A stretch of 56,450 bases of DNA from Candidatus Melainabacteria bacterium (GTDB taxonomy: Bacteria > Cyanobacteriota > Vampirovibrionia > 2-02-FULL-35-15). Of this stretch, positions 9,331-20,100 are shown in pieces. Location of the stretch: positions 1 through 56,450 of the forward strand of contig JAHFBE010000003.1 of the NCBI GenBank assembly GCA_023250205.1, read 5' to 3'. How positions within the stretch are numbered: the stretch's first letter is position 1; each line of letters starts with the position of its first letter. The notes under the pieces were generated by a model. That model was given only the letters and a program-made list of their open reading frames with translations, was not told the origin of the DNA and made no database searches. Made by a program: the position numbers and the translations under genes.

Positions 9331-9390
9331 ATAAATATTTTAGCGCATAAATAAGGGTGTGCTAACAAATCGAGGATAAACAGTATAAAT

Positions 9391-9519
9391 GTCATTGCGA
9401 GGAGACACGAAGTGTCGACGCGGCAATCTCATTTTGCAATACTGTTTATGAGGGAACCTTGCGAGCGGTATCTTAGTGTGAGATTGCTTCGTCAGGACTT
9501 TGTCCTTCCTCGCAATGAC
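9391..9519. repeat. REP-like palindromic element, copy 2 (expanded loop)
   Basis: gtcattgcgagga...cggcaatctc [~50 nt] gagattgcttcg...tcctcgcaatgac. Confidence 0.88.
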
Positions 9520-9552
9520 AGATCGGTTTTATAGTCTGCTAACATTTTAAGC

Positions 9553-10455
9553 ATGAGAACTTATAAACTTCTTCAAGTAGATGCTTTTACTGACAAATTA
9601 TTTGGTGGAAACCCGGCTGCTGTGGTTTTTAATGCAGAAAGCCTTTCAGATATTGAAATGAAGCAGATAACTAGAGAAATGAATCTTTCAGAAACCGCAT
9701 TTATATTACCAAGTGAAATCGGGAATTTTTGCTTAAGATATTTTACTCCTTCTGGAAATGAAATAAAGTTTTGTGGACATGCAACTGTTGGTGCTTTACA
9801 TGCAATTGCTTCAGAGAATGAGTTTGGAATTACTAAAGCAGGAACTTATCCTTTAAAAGTAGAAACTAATTCAGGTTTAATGGATATGTTAGTTGATTAT
9901 AAAAAAGAAAATGAAATCTCTATTCAGTTTAATTCTCCAGAAATTGATTTAGTGATTGATAAATATAGTCATGAAGTAAATGGAGAAGCATTGGGAATAG
10001 ATATTCAATTAATAGATAAGAGTGTTCCAGTAATGCGTGATAGAACAAATAATTATGTCTATTTAAAAGTTAAGTCGCTTAAAGATCTTGAAAGAATAAA
10101 TTATGATGTAAAAAAAGCATATGACTTTGCATTTAAAGATGGAACAATAATATTTTGCATAATGGTAAATGAGACATTCGATAAAAAAAATCAAATTCAC
10201 TCAAGGTGTTTTGCACCACTTGTCGGTGTAAGTGAGGACCCTGCTACAGGTTCAGCTCAAGGAGCGCTTGCTGCATATGCACTGTTAAATAAACTTATTT
10301 CAGAAAATGGGGAAATAATAGGATTAGAACAAGGACATTTTATTAATAGACCAAGCCAGATTAATGTAAAGCTTATAAAAGAAAAAGAGAAATTTAAAGC
10401 AACTGTATTTGCAAGAGCTATTTCTGTTTTTAAAGCAGAATTAAAAATTAATTAA
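9553..10455 (+). CDS. PhzF family isomerase/epimerase
   Basis: QVDAFTDKLFGGNPAAVV, MNLSETAF, FCGHAT, EDPATGSA. Confidence 0.93.
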   Translation: MRTYKLLQVDAFTDKLFGGNPAAVVFNAESLSDIEMKQITREMNLSETAFILPSEIGNFCLRYFTPSGNEIKFCGHATVGALHAIASENEFGITKAGTYPLKVETNSGLMDMLVDYKKENEISIQFNSPEIDLVIDKYSHEVNGEALGIDIQLIDKSVPVMRDRTNNYVYLKVKSLKDLERINYDVKKAYDFAFKDGTIIFCIMVNETFDKKNQIHSRCFAPLVGVSEDPATGSAQGALAAYALLNKLISENGEIIGLEQGHFINRPSQINVKLIKEKEKFKATVFARAISVFKAELKIN

Positions 10456-10580
10456 GGTCGTTTCTTCTTTTCACGGTCTGGATAAAAAGAACGCATTAGT
10501 TTGTTCCACATAAAAAAAAGGGCAGAATATCCTACTAATAATCCAATGATTCCTACTTTATCTGCTTCTGTTATTTCCAT
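10452..10580 (-). CDS. 42-aa single-helix membrane peptide (absent from the ORF track)
   Basis: Manual translation MEITEADKVGIIGLLVGYSALFFMWNKLMRSFYPDREKKKRP; AAGGA just upstream; hydrophobic core and basic tail. Confidence 0.5.
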   Translation of the reverse strand: MEITEADKVGIIGLLVGYSALFFMWNKLMRSFYPDREKKKRP

Positions 10581-10592
10581 ATGTGTTTATCC

Positions 10593-10808
10593 TTATTTTT
10601 TATCAAGTGTAGCACGGGCTATTTCTATATGATGGAATCCATAATATGCAGAAATTAATGCGACTACAGTATAAGTGATGTTATAGGTTAAATCATGTTC
10701 CTGGTAGAAAATAATAGGATCTATAAGTATTTTTCCTAAAGGTGTAAGAAGTACAACCCCAAACATCCTAAATGTATCAGCTCTAAATTTCTCTTCTTCA
10801 GAAATCAT
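10593..10808 (-). CDS. Small two-helix membrane protein
   Basis: 71 aa with two hydrophobic stretches; co-oriented with the 42-aa ORF at a 12-nt gap. Confidence 0.55.
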   Translation of the reverse strand: MISEEEKFRADTFRMFGVVLLTPLGKILIDPIIFYQEHDLTYNITYTVVALISAYYGFHHIEIARATLDKK

Positions 10809-10906
10809 GCCTGAATTGTATCAATAACACTATTAACATTATGTAACCGTGGGTTACATAAAAAATTAAATTTGTGGAGGCATAATTCTAGTAATTTTTA
10901 ATTAGA

Positions 10907-11572
10907 CTATTTACTATGGCTTGGCATCTTTAGCATTACTTCATTCCAGTCAGCTAAGAATTTTTCCAAACCTTTGTCTGTAAGCGGGTGTTGAATCATT
11001 TGTTTGAAAATAGGATAAGGAATAGTTGCTACATGTGCACCAGCTTTTGCAGAATCCATTACATGTGCTGGATGTCTTATGCTTGCAGATAAAATCTCTG
11101 TTTTAATTTTTTGAATTGAAAACACCTGTGCTAAATCTCTGATTAATGACATCCCATCCTGGTTTATATCATCCAATCTTCCGACAAAGGGACTTACATA
11201 AGTAGCGCCAACACTTGCGCATAAAAGAGCCTGATTGACTGAGAAGCATAGAGTCATGTTTACTTTGATGTTTTGGCTTGTAAGTGCTTTGCATGCTGCA
11301 AGGCCATTTGGAATAGTTGGGAGTTTTACTACTACATTCTTATGCCAAGTGCTAACTTCTTTCCCTTCTTTAATCATAGAATCTACATCAGTACTGATTA
11401 CTTCTGCACTAATTGGCCCATTAACTAATTCACAAATTTGCTGGACTACCTGTTTAAAGTCTTTTCCTTCTTTAGCAACCAGAGAAGGATTAGTAGTTAC
11501 ACCAGATAAAATGCCCCAGGAAGCAATTTCTTTTATGTGTTCAATATTTGCAGAGTCTATGAAAAATTTCAT
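10907..11572 (-). CDS. tal: Fructose-6-phosphate aldolase / transaldolase (TalC-FSA type)
   Basis: [42 protein letters not shown]. Confidence 0.93.
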   Translation of the reverse strand: MKFFIDSANIEHIKEIASWGILSGVTTNPSLVAKEGKDFKQVVQQICELVNGPISAEVISTDVDSMIKEGKEVSTWHKNVVVKLPTIPNGLAACKALTSQNIKVNMTLCFSVNQALLCASVGATYVSPFVGRLDDINQDGMSLIRDLAQVFSIQKIKTEILSASIRHPAHVMDSAKAGAHVATIPYPIFKQMIQHPLTDKGLEKFLADWNEVMLKMPSHSK

Positions 11573-11618
11573 CTTTTATCTCCAATAATAATTCCTGTAA
11601 TTATAGCTTTAAATTAAC

Positions 11619-11750
11619 GTCATTGCGAGGAGCCCGTTTAACGGGCGACGAAGCAATCTCATAAACGTCACAGGTCATTCTGAGAATTAGCGAAGAATCT
11701 TCTAATGTTTTGGAGATTGCCACGCCTCACTTTACTTGGCTCGCAATGAC
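11619..11750. repeat. REP-like palindromic element, copy 3, with a nested half-element (gtcattctgag...gcgaagaatct, 11674-11700)
   Basis: Outer arms gtcattgcgag / ctcgcaatgac; inner arms gcaatctc / gagattgc. Confidence 0.88.
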
Positions 11751-11791
11751 GTGTTACAAAATATTATTGGTTTGCCATATAAGTAATTCAT

Positions 11792-11819
11792 GTAAAGGCA
11801 ATTCATGAATTGCCTTTAC
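11792..11819. repeat. GTAG-type short palindrome gtaaaggcaattcatgaattgcctttac
   Basis: Perfect 28-bp inverted repeat upstream of secD; resembles GTAG-tagged REPs. Confidence 0.7.
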
Positions 11820-11848
11820 GATTTAAAATTATGATATCCTAAAATCTT

Positions 11849-13354
11849 ATGAGCTTTTTAAAACAAAATTTTCGTTTTTTTATAATAATAATTACTCTTG
11901 TTGTTTCTTTCTTTTCATTCTTTTCAATTTATTTTACAAGCTCATATAAGCACCTAAAGCAATTAGAATCAGAACTTTCAAAAGCTAGAGAACAGAAAGA
12001 GTTAATCTTAACTAATAGTGTTGTTGGTTTAAATGAAACACCGATGGAAGATCCAATACAAAAGTTTAAGCAGGAAAAGAATGCTTCCAATCAAACAATA
12101 AAAGAAATTGATACAAAAATAAAAGGATCACAAGTAGTTTTTACAAATCCGATTTTTACAGTCCTAACCCAATTAAAACTTGGCTTGGATCTTGTAGGAG
12201 GAGCACAATTAACCTTTCAGGCTTTAACAGGGAAGGATGTTCAGGAAGTAAATAAAGATACTATTGCAGGGCTAATTAAGGTTTTTGAAAATAGAGTTAA
12301 TGCTTCAGGTACTACAGAAGCAATTGTCCAGCAAGTTGGAAAAGATCGAATTCTTGTTGAAATTCCAGGGGCAGATCCTGAAATAGTAAAAAGAAGACTT
12401 TTAAAAACAGCATATCTTGAATTTAAAGAGCCTGCAAAGTTTGTAGATGGTAAGCCCGGTGCACCTGTTGATCTTAGTAAATCAGAGCAGTACATTTGGT
12501 ATGAAAGTGGGATTACTGGTAAAGATCTTAAAAAAGCACAGGCAATTACAGATGGGGCAGGGAACTGGTTGATTGCGTTTTCACTTAAGGGACCAGCTAT
12601 TGAAAAATTTGGTAGATTAACAGAAAGATTAATTGGTAAGCCTCTTGCAATTTTCCTTGATGGAAAATTAATTTCAAGCCCTACAGTTCGTTCTGCAATT
12701 ACTGGTGGTGAAGGTCAAATAGAAGGCAGATTTACAGCAGAAGAAGCTCAGGATTTAGCAGTTCAGTTAAATGCAGGTGCACTTCCAGCACCTGTAAAAA
12801 TTATTGAAGAAAGATCTGTTGGTGCTACGCTTGGTCAGGATTCTATCGATAAGAGTCTAAAAGCAGGTATTTATGGGATATTGATTGTGATTTTATTTAT
12901 GATTCTCTTTTACAGGTTGCCTGGTTTAATTGCAAGCTTTGCCCTTCTTTTATATACTTTGGTTACTATTGCTATATTCGAACAAACAGTTACTCTAACA
13001 ACAGCAGGAGTTGCAGGTTTTATATTGAGCATTGGTATGGCAGTTGATGCAAATATTCTTATATTTGAAAGAACAAAAGAAGAACTTAGAGCTGGAAAAA
13101 GTTTCTTTAATGCTATTGATGCTGGTTTTGATAGAGCCTTCACTAGTATATTTGACAGTAATATAAATACTCTCATTGCATGTTTTGTCCTTTTAATTTT
13201 TGGAGCTGGAATTGTACGAGGCTTTGCTATTACTCTTGCAATCGGTGTTTTAGTTAGTATGTTCTCAGCAATCTTTGTTACAAAAACTCTTCTTTCACTT
13301 ACTACAAAGATCCAGGCATTTAGAAACCCTGTTTTGTTTGGGATAAAGCTTTAA
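11849..13354 (+). CDS. secD: Protein translocase subunit SecD
   Basis: LGLDLVGG, VGATLGQDSI, IGMAVDANILIFER, RAFTSIFDSN, GFAITLAIG. Confidence 0.96.
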   Translation: MSFLKQNFRFFIIIITLVVSFFSFFSIYFTSSYKHLKQLESELSKAREQKELILTNSVVGLNETPMEDPIQKFKQEKNASNQTIKEIDTKIKGSQVVFTNPIFTVLTQLKLGLDLVGGAQLTFQALTGKDVQEVNKDTIAGLIKVFENRVNASGTTEAIVQQVGKDRILVEIPGADPEIVKRRLLKTAYLEFKEPAKFVDGKPGAPVDLSKSEQYIWYESGITGKDLKKAQAITDGAGNWLIAFSLKGPAIEKFGRLTERLIGKPLAIFLDGKLISSPTVRSAITGGEGQIEGRFTAEEAQDLAVQLNAGALPAPVKIIEERSVGATLGQDSIDKSLKAGIYGILIVILFMILFYRLPGLIASFALLLYTLVTIAIFEQTVTLTTAGVAGFILSIGMAVDANILIFERTKEELRAGKSFFNAIDAGFDRAFTSIFDSNINTLIACFVLLIFGAGIVRGFAITLAIGVLVSMFSAIFVTKTLLSLTTKIQAFRNPVLFGIKL

Positions 13355-14069
13355 AAACCATCCACATAAATTTAGGCAGGGATTTTAAAATTCTTGTTGT
13401 TCTTTTTGGTTGTGAAACTGCTCTGTAAAACCATTCAAGATGATTATCTCTAAACCACTTTGGAGCTCTTTGTACTTTTCCTGCCCAGACATCAACACTT
13501 CCACCTACCCCAATAAGAACACTTTTTGGGAATAAGTGGGAATATTTATTTATCCATACTTCCTGTTTTGGGCTTCCAAGAGCAACAAGAATCAAATGAG
13601 GATTTTCATTTGCTATTTCATCTGCAATTTCTGAATCCCTTTCTACACCTTTGTACCCATCAATTGCTTTTACAATATTCAAATTTGAATATTTATTTTG
13701 TAAATTAAAAACAGCTCTTTCAAGAGATAATGGGTGACTTCCAAATATTGCAACACTCTTTTTTAGTTCACTAGCATATTCTAAAATTTTCTCTGCAAGT
13801 TCAATTCCCGGGACACGTTCAATTTTTATTTGTTCTTTTTTGTTTAATGTTTTATATGCCCAGACAATTCCTGTCCCATCTGGGACTATCAAATTAGAAT
13901 TATTTATAGCTGCCTGAAGTTCTATATTTTTTATAGCATTGACAATCATTTCTGGATTTAAAGTAACTATTTTTAATTGCTTTGGATTTAAAAAAGCTCC
14001 TCTTGCAAGTGCTGCTACTTCGTCCAAATTAAAAGTATCTATGGGTTGATTTAATACACTTTTTCTCAT
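13320..14069 (-). CDS. tagA: WecB/TagA/CpsF family glycosyltransferase
   Basis: VTLNPEM, LIVPDGTGIVWA, ERVPGIEL, LVALGSPKQE, RAPKW...LEWFYR. Confidence 0.92.
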   Translation of the reverse strand: MRKSVLNQPIDTFNLDEVAALARGAFLNPKQLKIVTLNPEMIVNAIKNIELQAAINNSNLIVPDGTGIVWAYKTLNKKEQIKIERVPGIELAEKILEYASELKKSVAIFGSHPLSLERAVFNLQNKYSNLNIVKAIDGYKGVERDSEIADEIANENPHLILVALGSPKQEVWINKYSHLFPKSVLIGVGGSVDVWAGKVQRAPKWFRDNHLEWFYRAVSQPKRTTRILKSLPKFMWMVFKALSQTKQGF

Positions 14070-14167
14070 AAGTAGTATTATAACCGTTTAATATTAAATA
14101 GATTTAGTCGTTGAATCCAAATTCAAGATTTCTTTAAAAACTAATTTACTAATGTTATTGGAATGAG

Positions 14168-17100
14168 TTAGTTGCCTTGTGAACATTGTGGGGCACAGCT
14201 ATTTGTGCACTGACATTTATTTGAATCAGGATCAATGCCATTACATCCAGCATTTGTACAGCAGGTACTGAGTAAATTAATGTTGCAATTGTTAGGGTAA
14301 GAACCCGATGAACTACTTGAAGAATTTGATATGCATACACCATCGATGCATTTATTACAGTCAATCTGTTCTTCCGTAATCTCTCCCATACTGCAGAAGT
14401 TCTCCATCAATTTGCAGCCTTGTCCTTCGCAAGAATTAACTTGGGTAATTGTATTATTATAGGAATAGCACTCATCATGTGACGTTTGTATATTAGAGTT
14501 AAGTGCTCTTGTAACACTTCCTTTAGTTCTATAATTTCTGCCACCATCAGTATCAATGCAGGAGTTTACGGTATTAATGCAGGAGTTTATAGTATCAAAG
14601 CAGGGTTTTTGGCTTTGGTTGTAGCATGGAATGTATATAATAGTTCCTTGATTAACAGCCAATGCAGAAGTTACATTTTTCTCAATATCCCATGAATATG
14701 AAAATACTTGGTAAGTATTATTGTTATACTCAATCGAAGGAAACAATGGATTAGTGACGAAGCCCTGACTATCAATTAGGGGAGTTCCAGAACCCGGGAC
14801 AGAAGGATCAGGCAGATAAGTTTGAAGTTGCCCAAATGATTGAGTCTCTGGATCATATTCATAAGCAATTATATTTGCACTGTTAGGAATTCTTCTATAG
14901 AAGTATCCTACATTTCTAACTGTATCCCATCTCGTGCTGTATGGTATCCAATAATTTTGTTGAACCCATGCCTCACTATCTAATGATCCTGCTATAGTAA
15001 CTGAGTTTGTAAGGGGATTAAATTCCCAGATATTTGTATCGTAACTATCTACTCCATGCCTATATCCATCGTAGCCAGTGTATGAAGTGGAAGTTTTACC
15101 ACCAAAAATATAAAATACTTTTTTAACATGATTCCAAAGTACATGATGGGATTCCATTGGTATAGGCAGTCTGCCAATGATATTTGAATCTCCTGTAAAA
15201 AAATTGCTTTCTATAATTTCATCTGAAACAGGAGGTGGATCTCCTATCCCTATGTCGCCAAAAGTATAAGATACATTTTTGTCCGGGTTCCAGGCTCCAC
15301 CTGAATATGATGGAAGTACTGTTATTTCACCATTGCACTCGTTTTGTTTACAGCTACCATCCATGCATTCACTGCAACTATGTTCTTCATATGTAAGCAT
15401 TCCATCAGGATCGCAATAATATTCTCTTAAAGAACAATTTGTACCAGAGCAGTAATCATCTGGCTGACCGTAACATCTATCTATATGCTCACCTGTAGTT
15501 GATGTTGTAACTGAACCTCTTGTTTCATAGTTTACCCCGCCATCTGTATCATTGCACATAGAACCGGAAAGAGGAGATACCATGCCAAGATTAGAAGGAG
15601 AACGATTACCTGTTACAGCTATTGGCTGGCTGCATATATTGGGATAGTTTGTATAACAAAGTTTGATAAGTGAACCATTTTGAACACCTGGATCTAAATA
15701 ATCTAGAGCTAAAGTGTAAGGAGTGCTACCTGTATCTTGACGAGAAATATTATATTCATAATAAGGACCACCAGGATAGTAAGTACCAGAAGAACCAGAA
15801 GTATACGAAGAGTAGATTTCAGTACCAGAAGCTGATTTGAGAACAGTTCCCAAAGTATTGTTTTTTGCATATCGTAGAGTTAAGTAATATGGAATATTAA
15901 AATCTGCACTGATTAAAACAGGAGGCAATGGTGGAGAACCAGAAGAAGATAGTCCACCCGATGAAGAACTGCTTGAGGAAGATGAACTTGATGAACTACT
16001 ACTCGATGACGAGGAACTGCTTGAGCTAGATGACGAACCAGTATTTAGAGAACAAGGAGAAGTATTTAAAATTACTGAAACATCTCCAGCATTATTAAGA
16101 AGCACCACATCTAATTTATTATCAGAATTAACATCACTTGCAAGAATTGAATTGACTTGATTATTTACTAACCATACTCCTCCTGAAAAGGTTCCATCTC
16201 CATTACCAAGGGTTATTGCTGCACTATTTGGAGTACTAGTTACAAGATCTATTTTACTGTCTGAATTAAAATCACCTGTAGCGATTGTTGATATAGCGCC
16301 AAAATTATAGTTTGGACCTGAAAAAGTACCATTCCCATTCCCTAAAAAGAGTGCACTGTTATTATATCCACTTCCAAGGATAGGTGCGCCGTTCAAAACA
16401 ATTAAGTCTATAGAATTGTCAGAATTAAAATAACCAGAAATTATATCGGTAGGATAAAAAGGAAGATTTATATTACTGGTATTAAAAGTACTATTTCCAT
16501 TACCTAAAAAGATTAAAAGTCTTTTGTTTTCATAACTAATTGTAGCTAGATCCTGTTTGCCATCTTTGTTATAGTCGTTGGTAATTATTTTTGTAGCAGT
16601 AGTCCCTAAAATAGTGGGGGCTGAAAATGAACCTAATCCATTACCTAGATATCTTGCGATGCTTCTATTGCCGGAATGAGCAACAATCAGATCTATATTG
16701 TTGTCAGAATTAAAGTCACCGGCAACAATTGAAGAAGCCGAGAGATCTGCTGTAAAATTGTGAACATTTCCAAATGTACTATCTCCATTTCCAAGTAGTA
16801 CAGAAATGTAGTCACTGTTTGCATTAGTAACAGCAAGATCAGGTTTGTTATCGTTGTTAAAGTCACTGCTTACAATTGAAGAAGGGTTTGTTCCTACAGT
16901 AAAGTTAAGTTTATTTCCAAAAGTACCATTTCCATTGCCAAATAGTAATGAAATATTGCTACCTCCTATATTTGCAACAGCCAGATCTATTTTATTATCA
17001 GAATTAAAGTCTTTGGCAACTGCTGAAAATGGATTAGTACCAGCTGTAATGTTGTTAATATTTCCAAATGAAAGGAGACACGTTGCACCTGATGATGAAC

Positions 17101-20100
17101 TAGAAGAAGATGTGCTAACTAAAGGACAGGTTTTAATCTTACCTATTTTATTTCCAAAAGTTTCAGTAAACCATAGATTTCCATCTAGTCCTGAGGTAAT
17201 ACCATATGGACCATTACTGGCCGTAGGAATAGTGTACTCAGTAATAGTACCGGTAGTTGTAATCTTACCTATTTTATTTGCACTGTGTTCAGCAAACCAG
17301 AGACTCCCATCTGGTCCTGAGGTAATATAATACGGATAACTACCGGCAGTAGGAATAGTGTACTCAGTAAATGTACCAGCAGTTGTAATCTTACCTATTT
17401 TGTTTTTATAAGTTTCAGCAAACCAGAGGTTCCCATCTGGTCCTAATGTAATACCATGTGGACTACTACTGGCAGTAGGAATAGTGTACTCAGTAAATGT
17501 ACCGGTAGTTGTAATCTTACCTATTTTGTTTCCAGAGTTTTCAGTAAACCATATATTTCCATCTGGTCTTGAGATAATACCCCTTGGGGAGCTGCTGGTA
17601 GTAGGAATAGTGTATTCAGTAATAGTACCGGTAGTTGTAATCTTGCCTATTTTATTTCCACCTTGTTCAGTAAACCATAGATTTCCATCTGTTCCTGGGG
17701 TAATATCATTTGGATAACTACCAGCAGTAGGAATAGTGTACTCAGTAAATGTACCGGTAGTTGTAATCTTACCTATTTTGTTTCCAGAGTTTTCAGTAAA
17801 CCATATATTCCCATCTGGTCCTGAGGTAATACCATATGGACCACTATTAGCAGTAGGAATAGTGTATTCAGTAATAGTACCAGCAGTTGTAATCTTACCT
17901 ATTTTATTTCCATTATATTCAATAAACCAAAAATTTCCATCTGATCCTGAGGTAATACTCTGTGGATTACTATTAGCAGTAGGAATAGTGTACTCAGTAG
18001 TGGTTGTACTACATCCAGAGGATGAACTTGATGAAGAGCTAGGGCAAGCTAATATACATCCTGTGCAACCGTTGGAAAGAGTAGGATATTGATAACTACA
18101 TCCTGGTTGTAGTTGAGGGCAAGCTGGTGCAGCACATACTATTCCTGAGCTGGAAGAAGATGACGAACTGCTAGAGCTAGAAGAAGAGCTGGAAGATGAA
18201 CTGGAAGAGGAGGAAGAACTAGAGCTTGATGAACTGTTAGATGAGCAAGAACTAGTACTTAAAGAACAAGGAGAAGTATTTAAAAGGACTGAAATATTAT
18301 TGTTTTCTGGATTAGTAACTGCAAGGTCTACTTTACCATCATTATTAAAGTCACCTGCAATTACTGAATAAGAACTTGAACCAACAGAGAAGTTAATAGC
18401 ACTGCCAAATCCTCCGGTTCCATTTCCTAAAAGAACTGAAACATTACCTGTACGATTAACAACAGCAAGATCTACTTTGCAATCATTATTAAAATCACTA
18501 CTAGTTATTGATGAATATGAATCAATAGGAAAGTTAGTAGCACTGCTAAATCCACCCGTTCCATTTCCCAAGAGTATTGAAACATTATTACTTAGAGCAT
18601 TAGCAACAGCAAGATCTACGTTACCATCATTATTAAAATCATTGCTGGTTACTGATCCAGGACGTGAACCAACAGGAAAGTTAATAGCACTACCAAATTC
18701 ACCTGTTCCATTTCCTAAGAGTATTGAAATATTGTTATCAGTATAATTAGCAACAGCAAGGTCTGCTTTGCCATCATTATTAAAATCACTGCTAATTACT
18801 GATATGGGAAATGAACCAACAGGAAATGGATTAACTAGATAATTCCCTGTGCCTGTTCCCATTCCTAAAATTATTGAAACATTATTGCTGCCTGCATCAG
18901 CAATAGCAAAGTCTGCTTGTCCATCATTATTAAAATCACGACTAATTATTGATGTAAGAGATGATCCAACATAAATAGGAGGGAGACTAACAGAACCTTG
19001 GAATCCGCTTACTCCTAGTCCTGAAACAAAACCACTGCCTGCAATAGCAAGGCTTCCTATATTAAAACTGGTTATTGATGAAGGATATGAACTATATGAA
19101 CTAACAGGATAGCTAGTAATATCGCTGAAGCCTAGTGCACTTCCTAAAAGTACTAAAATACTATTGCCACATGTAACTGCAAGGTCTGCTTTGCCATCAT
19201 AATTAAAATCACTGCTAGTTGCGGATGTAGGATATGAACCATATGAACCAACAGGAAAATCAATAGCATCGCTAAATGATGGAGTGTTACAAGATATACC
19301 AGATGAGCTGCTTGAAGAAGTTGAAGGAACAGTAAAAGAAAAAGTTTTTTGAGTAGTTTGACTCATAGAATCAGTAACTTTAATAGTAGTAGAGAAATTT
19401 CCTGCTTGTAATGGAATGCCAGTAATAATACCTGTATTTGATACGATGCTTAAGCCATTAGTTAGAACGCTAGTACCAGAAATAGAAGACCAAGAATAAG
19501 GAGAGGTACCACCCGTAGCTTGTAAAGAATAATTGTAAGAGGTATTTAATATGCCATTAGGAAGGGAGGAGTTACTAATAATTAAAGGTGTTCCACTTGA
19601 AGAAGAGCTGCTGGAACTTGAAGAAGAAGATGATGACCCAGAAGAAGAACTAGTAGAGGAAGCCCCAGAGCAACGAATTTGAACAGCATCGATTCCAGAA
19701 TAGTAAGATTGAGGAGTAGTGTTGATTAAAACTTTAGCAACAGGGGTAGAAGTTAAAGGGAAAGAAACAATGAGGTCATAATTACTAGGACAAGAAGAAG
19801 TATCATTTACATTTATAATATTTCCAATCTGATTTCCACTTTGATCTTTGAGAATAATAGATTTAACAAAGCCCGAATAGTAAGCTTCTTTGATAAGAAT
19901 GGAATCAGCAATAGCAGGATTAGGGAAAGAAACTTCAACAGTAGCGGATTGACCAGCAGTAGCATTTAACCAGACATTGGTAGTTTGGTCAGGGCAGACA
20001 CTACAGCCAGTACATTGAGGAGCACCAACTATATTAGAGGCAGGATAGGAATCATAGGAATTGCTTGCAGTTGCATTACTAGCCCATTGAGTGGCTATAC

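Noticed and set aside
9360-9544. 8-bp direct repeat tgctaaca flanking REP copy 2, as a target-site duplication
   Set aside because: It is short, not flush with the element ends and not seen at other copies; chance is plausible.
14155-14364. 69-aa minus-strand ORF overlapping the giant gene end
   Set aside because: An alternate frame of a Cys-rich coding region, with no RBS or motif.
16845-18746. Plus-strand ORFs with repeated VVILPILF text
   Set aside because: Antisense shadows of the Vgb-like and FG-GAP repeats.
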